Assembly (NCBI GenBank): GCA_944358825.1
Contig: CALVSA010000003.1
Span: 1-61,144, forward strand
DNA from: an uncultured Bacilli bacterium
GTDB taxonomy: Bacteria > Bacillota_I > Bacilli_A > RF39 > UBA660
Length of the DNA: 61,144 nucleotides
Direction of reading: 5' to 3'
Shown: piece after piece, positions 46,990 to 57,477 of the stretch
Numbering within the stretch: position 1 is the stretch's first letter
Layout: each line of letters opens with the position of its first letter
Program-made: the position numbers and the translations under genes
Notes under the pieces: generated by a model
Told to the model about the DNA's origin: nothing
The model's database searches: none
What the model saw: the letters and a program-made list of their open reading frames with translations, nothing else

Positions 46990-47429
46990 GAAAGCCAATT
47001 CAAGTTTTAGTCTTGCCATATAGACATTACAAAAATGAGATTCAATTTGCTCTATTTAAAAGAGCTGATTTAAATGTGTGGCAAGGAATAGCTGGAGGAG
47101 TAGAAGAAGGAGAGAATATTTTTGAAGCATGCAAAAGGGAGGCAAATGAAGAAGCAGGCATTCCTTTTGATGCAAGCTTTATAAAATTGGATTCAAAATC
47201 AACTATACCAGTAAATTTTATTAATGGAGATTTTCTATGGGGAGAAAGAACGTTTAATGTTATTGAATATTGCTTTGGTGTTTGTGTTGATGATATTGAT
47301 ATAGTTTTGTCTGAAGAGCATAAAGAAGTATTTTGGACGGATTATGAGAAAGCATTTACTATGTTTAAATGGGACAGTAATAGAAATGCTTTATGGGAAT
47401 TAAACGAAAGAATCAAGCGCATGAAATAA
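46986..47429 (+). CDS. Nudix hydrolase, NudB-like (copy B)
   Basis: Nudix box GGVEEGENIFEACKREANEEAG and KWDSNRNALWEL. Overlaps the preceding kinase gene by 4 nt. Confidence 0.8.
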   Translation: MRKPIQVLVLPYRHYKNEIQFALFKRADLNVWQGIAGGVEEGENIFEACKREANEEAGIPFDASFIKLDSKSTIPVNFINGDFLWGERTFNVIEYCFGVCVDDIDIVLSEEHKEVFWTDYEKAFTMFKWDSNRNALWELNERIKRMK

Positions 47430-47557
47430 TTAGAAATGGCTAAAAGAGAAGTTTACTGAAAATTATTTTTTTAATACATTAGTGTACTAAGTTATATTAA
47501 TATTGAATAAAAAGTAAAAATATGGTAATATAATATCTGTTTTAAGGAGGCAGTAAT

Positions 47558-49756
47558 ATGAGTCAAGATATTTATAAAGAGGAAACTGAATATTTAGAAT
47601 ATGTAGAAAAATGTATTGCTAAAGAATTAGAAACAGCAATTGAGATGTTAGATAAACTTCGCAAGCAAAAAATAACATACGATGATGCAAAACGTGGTGA
47701 ACATTTCACAAAAGAAGCATTAATGGATTTATATGCATCCAGAATTAGAAGATTAAAACAAATAATAAATTCACCTTATTTTGGAAGAATGGATTTTACA
47801 CCAAAAGATACAAGAATATCTCAAAAATTATATGTGGGAAAAACAACTGTATCTAACCCGGATAATCAATTAGCGGTTATTGACTGGAGAAGTCCAATAT
47901 CTAGTATGTATTATGATAGTTTAGTTGGAAATGCTAAATACATTGCTCCAGAAGGTATAATTGAAGGATTTATTTCATTAAAACGGCAAATTATTATTGA
48001 AGATGCTATTATTAAATCTGTATTAGATACTGATTTAATAACGGATGATGAAATATTACAAAATTATTTAGATGTTCATGCAGATAATAAGATGAAAGAT
48101 ATTGTTGCATCAATTCAAAAAGAGCAGAATGACATTATCAGAAGACCTATAAACGAAAACGTAATAGTTCAGGGAGTTGCCGGTTCTGGAAAAACAAGTG
48201 TAGCTTTGCATAGGATTGCTTTTTTAATATATTTATTAAATAATAGTGGTAACAAAAAAATGGTTAATTCAGATCAATTTTTGATAATTGGACCCAATAA
48301 TTATTTTTTAGACTATATTTCAGGCGTTTTGCCTGATTTAGATGTTGAAATGGTAAATCAGACAACAATTCCAGCTTTACTTGCAGATTTAGTTAATGAA
48401 AAATTTACTGTGCAAGAATCTACCGAAGAACTCAAAGAATTTTATTCCAATGGTAGAATTAGTTATGAAAGTGCAATAAAAAATTCACCGCAATTTAAGG
48501 AAGCATTGGATAGATATATGCAAGATATTATTGAGTACTATAAAAATACTAATATTGTTTATTATGGTAAAGTGTTGTTTTCAAAGGAAGAAATCGCTGA
48601 GTTACTTAAAAACCTAACAGGTAGTTATAGAGCAAAAATCAATTTTATCCAAAAACGTTTAGTTAAAAAAATAAAAGATGATTATGACAAATATTATGAC
48701 TTGCTAACTGAAGACTTATATCGAGAAGCGCGTTCTTTGCCAAAGAATAGTGAAAGAAGAAGATTATTGTATGATGAAACCACATTACTTGGAAAAGAAG
48801 TGAAAACGGGGCTAACAAAAGTTATAAAAAAACATTTTGAACTCATAAACAAGAAATTATTATTATTGTATGCAGGTTTTATAAATAGTATTGATAGATA
48901 TATGAATATAGAGAATGTTGAAGAATTTAAAAAATTCACAACAAAAAGATTATCTAAGAAAATACTATCAAGGGATGATATCGCTCCAATTTTATATTTA
49001 AAATCACAGTTGGATGATGTAAAGGATTATAACGGTATTATTCATGTGATCGTGGATGAAGCTCAAGATTTGGGATTATTAGAATTTAAGATTTTAAAAA
49101 AATTAATACCAAATGCAACTTTTTCTATTTTTGGCGATTTAAATCAAGCTATCTTTTCTTATCGTTCGGTAAAAGATTGGAAATCTGTCAAAGACGTGGT
49201 TTTTGAAGGTAATGCTAATATTGTTATGATGGATCAATCATATAGAACAACTGATGAAATAATGAGTGAAGCAAATAAGATTTCAGAAATTTTAACTGGG
49301 ACTTATTCAAAGGATATAATTAGGCATGGAAAACCAGTTCAATATATTTCTTGCGATGGTGATTCAGAAGTGTTGTTTATTGCTGAAAAAGTAAAAGAAT
49401 ATCGAAAAAGCGGATACAAGTCAATTGCAATAATATGTAAAGCAGAAGAAGAAGCTATGAGTATAAATAAAAAACTATTGTATTATGGTATTGATGCGAG
49501 AAATATCACACCAAATGATAGAGAGTATCACGGTGGATTATGTACTATTACTTGCAGTTTAGCGAAAGGCTTAGAATTTGACGCTTCTATTTTAGCTAAT
49601 GTTGATTCTAATATGTACAATCCATCGCGTGATATTGATATGAAGTTATTGTACGTAGGTATGACAAGAGCATTACATGAAACCACCATTATTTCAACTG
49701 GAGAATTACCTTCAGTTTTAAAAAAAAGAGGGGAGTCTTTAGTTAGAAAAAAATGA
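47558..49756 (+). CDS. helD: HelD-like UvrD-family (helicase IV-type) ATPase
   Basis: N-terminal coiled-coil region, LAVIDWRSPISSMYYD, Walker A GVAGSGKTSVALHR, VDEAQD, SYRTT and YVGMTRALH. Confidence 0.8.
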   Translation: MSQDIYKEETEYLEYVEKCIAKELETAIEMLDKLRKQKITYDDAKRGEHFTKEALMDLYASRIRRLKQIINSPYFGRMDFTPKDTRISQKLYVGKTTVSNPDNQLAVIDWRSPISSMYYDSLVGNAKYIAPEGIIEGFISLKRQIIIEDAIIKSVLDTDLITDDEILQNYLDVHADNKMKDIVASIQKEQNDIIRRPINENVIVQGVAGSGKTSVALHRIAFLIYLLNNSGNKKMVNSDQFLIIGPNNYFLDYISGVLPDLDVEMVNQTTIPALLADLVNEKFTVQESTEELKEFYSNGRISYESAIKNSPQFKEALDRYMQDIIEYYKNTNIVYYGKVLFSKEEIAELLKNLTGSYRAKINFIQKRLVKKIKDDYDKYYDLLTEDLYREARSLPKNSERRRLLYDETTLLGKEVKTGLTKVIKKHFELINKKLLLLYAGFINSIDRYMNIENVEEFKKFTTKRLSKKILSRDDIAPILYLKSQLDDVKDYNGIIHVIVDEAQDLGLLEFKILKKLIPNATFSIFGDLNQAIFSYRSVKDWKSVKDVVFEGNANIVMMDQSYRTTDEIMSEANKISEILTGTYSKDIIRHGKPVQYISCDGDSEVLFIAEKVKEYRKSGYKSIAIICKAEEEAMSINKKLLYYGIDARNITPNDREYHGGLCTITCSLAKGLEFDASILANVDSNMYNPSRDIDMKLLYVGMTRALHETTIISTGELPSVLKKRGESLVRKK

Positions 49757-51003
49757 AACTTTTAGAAAAAATTAATTGTGAATTGCCTACAATAGCAATT
49801 TTGGGAACAGGTTATGTAGGCTTGCCACTTATAAATCTTTTGTCGCAGAAGGTTCCCGTAATCGCTTATGACATAGATGAGGAGAGAATTACAGAATTAT
49901 TAAAAAATAATAAAAATAACAATATTACATTTACGTATGATGAATCCTTGCTTAGGAAGGCAGATGTAATAATAGTTTGTGTTTCTACACCAATTGATGA
50001 GAATAATCAGCCAAACTTAAATTATATAAAGAATGCTTGTATTTCTATTGCTAAAAATATTAAAGATGGAGTGCTAATTATTTTTGAGACATCATACATG
50101 CCGACATGTACGGAAAATATATGTATACCCTTGATTGAAAAAAAATCTGGATTAAAAAATGATATTAATTTTTACGTTGGCTATTCTCCTGAGAGAATAA
50201 ATCCTGGTGATATTCAAAACACATTGTCTAACATTACCAAGTTAATCGCTTCTCCATCAAAAAAGGTTTTAAATGCTATGAAGTATATTTACTCAGATAT
50301 AGCCGGTATAAACGTTTACGAAGTGAATGATATTAAAATTGCAGAACTATCTAAATTGGTAGAGAATTGTCAAAGAGACTTAAATATTGCCTTTGTAAAT
50401 GAGTTATCTATACTTTGTCATAGATTAAACATTGATGTTCAAGAAGTTATTAATTCAGCAGGGACAAAATGGAATTTTACAAAATATTATCCAGGTCTAG
50501 TCGGTGGTGGATGTGTCGGGGTAAATTCATATTATTTGATGAATCTTGCAGAACAATATGGAGTCAGATTGAATAGTTTAGAGATTGCGAGAAAAATTAA
50601 TTTATCAATGACAACGTTTATCGTTGCAGAAATTAGTAGATTAATTGGAAATGCGAATAGAAATAAAATCAAAGTAGTAATTTATGGTTATTCTTATAAA
50701 GAAAATATTCCTGATACACGAAATACAAGGGTAGAAGATTTATATAGAAATTTAATCAATGAAGAATATAGTGTTTGTATTTGTGATTATAATGTTTCAT
50801 CTTGTCAGTATGTGAGTAAAGAAGATATAAGTGATGCTGATATTATTATTTTAGCTGTTGCTCATAGAAATTACATTAATTGGAATAATGAAGAGATTAG
50901 TAAAAAATTTAATCAGAAATCAAAGTATAAAATTTTTATGGATGTAAAGTCTGTTTATAAAGATAAGGTTATGCCTAAAACAATTACATATTGGCATTTG
51001 TAA
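49753..51003 (+). CDS. Nucleotide-sugar dehydrogenase (UDP-glucose/UDP-ManNAc/TviB family)
   Basis: IAILGTGYVGLP Rossmann motif, YSPERINPGD, and the catalytic-Cys region PGLVGGGCVGV. The ATG overlaps the helD stop by 4 nt. Confidence 0.8.
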   Translation: MKLLEKINCELPTIAILGTGYVGLPLINLLSQKVPVIAYDIDEERITELLKNNKNNNITFTYDESLLRKADVIIVCVSTPIDENNQPNLNYIKNACISIAKNIKDGVLIIFETSYMPTCTENICIPLIEKKSGLKNDINFYVGYSPERINPGDIQNTLSNITKLIASPSKKVLNAMKYIYSDIAGINVYEVNDIKIAELSKLVENCQRDLNIAFVNELSILCHRLNIDVQEVINSAGTKWNFTKYYPGLVGGGCVGVNSYYLMNLAEQYGVRLNSLEIARKINLSMTTFIVAEISRLIGNANRNKIKVVIYGYSYKENIPDTRNTRVEDLYRNLINEEYSVCICDYNVSSCQYVSKEDISDADIIILAVAHRNYINWNNEEISKKFNQKSKYKIFMDVKSVYKDKVMPKTITYWHL

Positions 51004-51009
51004 TAAAGT

Positions 51010-51032
51010 AAAGATGAGAAATACTCATCTTT
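51010..51032 (+). terminator. Intrinsic terminator ending the helD-dehydrogenase operon
   Basis: AAAGATGAG-aaata-CTCATCTTT stem, followed by TT(a)T. Confidence 0.6.
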
Positions 51033-51116
51033 TTATATGTAATAAAAAAGTAAGATTAATAATGTTATTCATTATTTTCTTTTAATTAGAATACTTTTTA
51101 TAGAGGTGGCTAATCT

Positions 51117-51251
51117 ATGAAAAGAATTGATAAAAACGGTAAAAGAAGGAAACTAAATATGGAATTTATTTATAAAAAAGATGGTACAAAATTAGAAGAA
51201 ATTATGAAGGAGGGATATTTGTGTTATTTAAGAAATTTAAAAGCCAAATGA
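51117..51251 (+). CDS. Small basic hypothetical protein (44 aa) upstream of recombinase 2
   Basis: SD agaggtgg 7 nt upstream. Sequence MKRIDKNGKRRKLNMEFIYKKDGTKLEEIMKEGYLCYLRNLKAK*. Not in the ORF track. Confidence 0.3.
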   Translation: MKRIDKNGKRRKLNMEFIYKKDGTKLEEIMKEGYLCYLRNLKAK

Positions 51252-51333
51252 TTTGCTTTTTTGAAGTTTTGATGGTAACATGGCATTGTGAGGTCTTGGT
51301 ATTGCAAAATAATAGATTGGAGGGAATAAATTA

Positions 51334-52908
51334 ATGCAATACCTATGTGCTGGTTATAATAGATTATCAGATGCTGATAATAAAAACGATGAAAGTTCTT
51401 CTATTCAAAGTCAAAAAATGATAATTGATTCTTTTGCTAAATTTAATAATTTTCAAATTGTTAAACATTATGTAGATGATGGATATTCTGGAGGTAATTT
51501 TGATAGACCTGGGTTTAAAGAAATGATCGAGGATATTGAAAAAGGAAAAATTAATTGTGTCATTACAAAGGACTTATCTAGACTTGGTCGTGAAATGTAT
51601 AAAACTGGTAACTATATTGAAGAATACTTTAGAGAACACGGTGTTAGGTATATTGCTATTAATGATTCCTATGATTCTACTGTTGGTGATTCAATGTTAG
51701 GAATTAGATTAAGTGTTAATGATTTATATTTAAGAGATGTATCTAAAAAAGTTAAAACGTCTCTTAAAGCAAAACAAACTAAAGGCGATTATATTGGCTC
51801 TTTTCCTAGATATGGATATAAAAAAGATCCAAATGATAAACATAAATTAATTGTTGATGAAGAAGTCAGATATGTTGTTGAACTCATTTATGATTTAGCA
51901 CTTGAGGGAAAAAGCCCTAGAAAAATAGCAGAAATATTAACCTTAAAAAAGATTCCTATTCCAATAGTTTATAAGGGTGAGCCTAGAGGTAAAAATATTA
52001 CAGAAAATGATGGCTTTGGAATTTGGAAAAGGCAAACTGTTAAAGATATACTAACAAGTGAAATGTATATTGGAAATATGGTACAAAATACCTTTAATAA
52101 AGTCAGTTATAATTCTAAAAAATTAAGAAAGACTGATACTAGTGAATACATTGTCGTACCAAATACTCATGAGGCAATTATATCGAAAGAAACATTTGAT
52201 AAAGTTCAAGATTTACTAAATTCTAGGACAAAAGACAAAAAAACTGATAGTCAATTAGAATATTTACTTGGAGGACTTCTTTATTGTAAAGAGTGTGGAA
52301 GAAGTATTAGAATTAGTAAAGATGTTTTAAAAACTACTGTAAGACACTATACACAATGTAATCTATATACGAGAAAAGGCAAATTTGGTGTTTGTTCATC
52401 TCATAGGATTAATTATGATTGGTTAGAAGAAGATATTATAGAATATTTACAAAATATATGCGAAGAATTTTGCAAGTATTATGACTTTAACGAACTAGAA
52501 GATAATTCAGAAGAAATAGTGATTAAAAATTTAAGGGAAATTAATAAGAAAATTGAAAAGATTGATAATGAAATAAATTCTCATAAGAATATGCTCGATA
52601 GTTTATATATGGATAAAGTTAGTGGACTTGTTGATGAAGATATGTATAAAAGAATTTATGATAAAACTAAAACAGAAATAAAGAAATTAGAAATTGAATT
52701 AGAGGAATTAATGAGAAAAAAAGATAATAATAAGAGTGTTCAAAATACTTCTTCATTTAATCGGTGCAAAAAATCTGTTTTAGATTATATGTCGCTTAAA
52801 AATCCTACTAAAAATCAAATTATGAGACTTATTGATCGAATAGAAATTGATAAAGATAAGAAAATTTATGTTCATTTGAAATTTCCAGAATTAATTATTA
52901 ATGATTAA
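51334..52908 (+). CDS. Large serine recombinase
   Basis: YNRLSDAD...SSSIQSQ catalytic region, ITKDLSRLGRE, zinc ribbon CKECGR...C...C, and a C-terminal coiled coil (EIELEELMRKK). SD ttggaggg. Confidence 0.9.
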   Translation: MQYLCAGYNRLSDADNKNDESSSIQSQKMIIDSFAKFNNFQIVKHYVDDGYSGGNFDRPGFKEMIEDIEKGKINCVITKDLSRLGREMYKTGNYIEEYFREHGVRYIAINDSYDSTVGDSMLGIRLSVNDLYLRDVSKKVKTSLKAKQTKGDYIGSFPRYGYKKDPNDKHKLIVDEEVRYVVELIYDLALEGKSPRKIAEILTLKKIPIPIVYKGEPRGKNITENDGFGIWKRQTVKDILTSEMYIGNMVQNTFNKVSYNSKKLRKTDTSEYIVVPNTHEAIISKETFDKVQDLLNSRTKDKKTDSQLEYLLGGLLYCKECGRSIRISKDVLKTTVRHYTQCNLYTRKGKFGVCSSHRINYDWLEEDIIEYLQNICEEFCKYYDFNELEDNSEEIVIKNLREINKKIEKIDNEINSHKNMLDSLYMDKVSGLVDEDMYKRIYDKTKTEIKKLEIELEELMRKKDNNKSVQNTSSFNRCKKSVLDYMSLKNPTKNQIMRLIDRIEIDKDKKIYVHLKFPELIIND

Positions 52909-53000
52909 AAAACAGTTATAAAGCAATGTTATATTTATTTTTCAGTAATATAGATAGTGTAACCTATACAAAATAAGTTGCACAAGAAAGATTTAGGGGG

Positions 53001-53096
53001 GTAACTTTGCCTTTCTTAAGTTATGGAGGTAGTAGTTTAATTATTACTATGATTGGTATAGGTATTTTACTAAATATTTCAAGGTCAGAAAAATAA
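53001..53096 (+). CDS. spoVE: C-terminal 31 codons of the split SEDS protein (FtsW/SpoVE)
   Basis: Reads [31 protein letters not shown], the conserved SEDS C-terminal motif. It has no start codon of its own. Not in the ORF track. Confidence 0.85.
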   Translation, partial: VTLPFLSYGGSSLIITMIGIGILLNISRSEK

Positions 53097-53109
53097 AAAG
53101 TATTTGGAA

Positions 53110-55280
<2,171 letters not shown>

Positions 55281-55431
55281 TCTTAACCATCCTTTCATTA
55301 TTAATTTATGCATTAACCTTCTTAAAAGTAATAGTAAAAGCATAAAAAATGTGAAATATCCAGTTTTTAAATGTTATATTTTGAATTTCTAATAATATAA
55401 TTAATTAGAAATTTGGAAAAGAGGGATATAT

Positions 55432-55962
55432 ATGATAAATAAGAAGAATTTGTGGTTTTTAACTTTATTTAGTATGGTTTTAGTTTTAAGTGTTTATTAT
55501 GTTACGATGCCTAATGAATTATTGATTACTAATAATGGTGATACGAATATTGATAATCAGACAACACCTACATCAGTTGATGGTGATGATAATAGTAGTA
55601 AAGTTAGTATTGAAGATAGTGATATAATTTCGGCTTTAAAAGTTGAAGATGATAATCAAGTCTTGGAAGAAATTACTAATTTAAAGAAGACTCTTACTGA
55701 TGTAAACATTAGTGCTGATGAGAAGAATAAAGCTTTTGAAGAACTTAAAAGTATTAATCAAAATAATAGTATAGAAGAAAAAATTGAAACTAAATTAAAA
55801 AATAAATATAATAAAGAATGTTTTGTTAAAATAGATAATGATCAAATAAGAGTAGTAATAGGTAGTAGTGATCATTCAACAGAACTTGCTAATGAAATTA
55901 TGCGTTTAGTGCAAGAAGAGTTTGATAAAAAGATGTATATTTCTGTTCAATTTCAAAATTAA
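55432..55962 (+). CDS. SpoIIIAH-like sporulation protein
   Basis: The N-terminus KKNLWFLTLFSMVLVLSVYYV closely mirrors B. subtilis SpoIIIAH (KKQTVWLLTMLSLVVVLSVYY). There is an acidic linker and a C-terminal YscJ-like part. Confidence 0.7.
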   Translation: MINKKNLWFLTLFSMVLVLSVYYVTMPNELLITNNGDTNIDNQTTPTSVDGDDNSSKVSIEDSDIISALKVEDDNQVLEEITNLKKTLTDVNISADEKNKAFEELKSINQNNSIEEKIETKLKNKYNKECFVKIDNDQIRVVIGSSDHSTELANEIMRLVQEEFDKKMYISVQFQN

Positions 55963-56046
55963 TAAATAATAGTACTCACTTTCTTTTTAAAAGCACATAC
56001 AATATTATGAATAAGCATAGCCACCCTTTAGGGAAGTGAGGTATTT

Positions 56047-56253
56047 ATGAACAAAAGTATTTTAACAAAAAGAGAAAAAGAAGTCTTCTTATTACTTGTT
56101 GCAAATAAGACTACCAAAGAAATTGCTGATATGTTAAGTATAAGTGAAAAAACTGTTAGGAACCATGTTTCTAATGTTATGCAAAAACTTGGGGTGAAAG
56201 GTCGAGCACAAGCAGTTGTCGAATTAATTAGATTAAAAGAAATCAAAATATAG
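56047..56253 (+). CDS. gerE: GerE-type LuxR-family HTH regulator (68 aa)
   Basis: LTKREKEVFLLLVANKTTKEIADMLSISEKTVRNHVSNVMQKLGVKGRAQAV; the size is typical of GerE. Confidence 0.85.
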   Translation: MNKSILTKREKEVFLLLVANKTTKEIADMLSISEKTVRNHVSNVMQKLGVKGRAQAVVELIRLKEIKI

Positions 56254-56315
56254 CCACTTTAAGTGGTTTTTGTTATAAAAAAATATAATTTTCATATATT
56301 TTATTAGGTGATTAT

Positions 56316-57284
56316 ATGTTAAAGAAAATGTCAATGCGTAAATTAATGGTAGCTACATTAACTTTATTTATTTTGATGATTTTATATTTAATGCCTGATT
56401 CTCTTATGGAAAAAAAGTTAGATCTTACTCATGATAATGTTGAGTATGTTTATTCTAATAGTTTAGATGTTATTTATCTTTTGGATAGTAATGATTATGT
56501 TGCTAGAACAAAAATTAATTCTATTAATAATAGTGATGTTATTGCAAAAGCTAAAGATTTGATAGAAGGTTTGATAATCGGTGGTAGTAAAAGTAATATT
56601 ATTCCTAATGGATTTCGTTCTATAATACCAAGTGGTACAACTGTTTTAGATATTAGTTTTGAAAGCGATACAGTAACAGTTAATTTTTCAGATGAATTAC
56701 TTGATATTAATGAAAAATATGAGGAAAAAATGATTGAAGCTATAGTTTATACTTTAACTTCTTTAGATAGTGTTGATAAAGTTATTATTAAAGTTAATGG
56801 AGAAGTTTTAACTAAACTTCCTAATAGTGGAAAAAACTTACCTAGTGTTTTAGATAAGAGTTTTGGTATAAATAAAGTATATGATATATCTTCTGTTCAT
56901 AATATTGATTCATTTACTGTGTATTATGTAAATAGTTATAATGATAATAGTTATTATGTTCCTGTTACTAAATATATTAATAATGATAATCAAGATAAAA
57001 TAAAAGTAATTATTGAGCAGTTGAGTAGTGCTCCTATTTATGAGAGTAATTTAATGAGTTTTTTAGATGTTAGTGCTAAACTTCTTGATTATTCTTTGGA
57101 ACAAGAAGTAATTAAACTTAATTTTAATAATGCAATTTTATCTGATGTTACGAATAGTAATATATTAGAAGAAGTAGTATATACAATTAGTTTATCGATG
57201 AATGATAATTATGGGGTAGAAGAAGTGATTTTTTGTGTTGATAATGAAGAAATTTATAAAAGTTTATTAAAAGATATTGAATAA
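56316..57284 (+). CDS. gerM: GerM-like (GerMN domain) sporulation/germination protein
   Basis: N-terminal anchor and two repeated GerMN-like modules (...VLDISFESDTVTVNFSDEL..., ...LLDYSLEQEVIKLNFNNAI...). Confidence 0.6.
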   Translation: MLKKMSMRKLMVATLTLFILMILYLMPDSLMEKKLDLTHDNVEYVYSNSLDVIYLLDSNDYVARTKINSINNSDVIAKAKDLIEGLIIGGSKSNIIPNGFRSIIPSGTTVLDISFESDTVTVNFSDELLDINEKYEEKMIEAIVYTLTSLDSVDKVIIKVNGEVLTKLPNSGKNLPSVLDKSFGINKVYDISSVHNIDSFTVYYVNSYNDNSYYVPVTKYINNDNQDKIKVIIEQLSSAPIYESNLMSFLDVSAKLLDYSLEQEVIKLNFNNAILSDVTNSNILEEVVYTISLSMNDNYGVEEVIFCVDNEEIYKSLLKDIE

Positions 57285-57325
57285 TTAGAAATATTGTGTT
57301 ATAATCATATACGTGGTTTGGAGAT

Positions 57326-57402
57326 GTCCTCATAGCTCAGCTGGATAGAGCACACGCCTTCTAAGCGTGCGGTCAAAGGTTCGAATCCTTTTGGGGACGC
57401 CA
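57326..57402 (+). tRNA. tRNA-Arg (anticodon TCT), encoded CCA
   Basis: GTCCTCATAGCTCAGCTGGATAGAGCACACGCCTTCTAAGCGTGCGGTCAAAGGTTCGAATCCTTTTGGGGACGCCA. The anticodon loop is CT-TCT-AA. Confidence 0.9.
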
Positions 57403-57477
57403 CTTATGATTATAATTTTTGTATATAGATTATGGGTAGGCATCGAGATGCTTATCCTTTTGTTTTAGGAGGGTAAT

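Larger units (their letters stand above)
38371..53000 (+). mobile_element. About 14.6-kb integrated (intervening) element with a large serine recombinase, inserted in the spoVE/ftsW gene
   Basis: Bounded by the SEDS fragments. The junction lies in a G-run (38368-38370 and 52996-53001). The recombinase is at the right end. I recognise no phage structural genes. Confidence 0.85.

Noticed and set aside
21813-53000. The two inserts as prophages (as with SP-beta or a skin-like defective phage)
   Set aside because: I recognise no terminase, portal, capsid, tail, holin or lysin genes in either insert. The cargo is enzymatic. I therefore call them integrative/intervening elements rather than prophages, though only a homology search could fully exclude degenerate phage genes among the hypotheticals.
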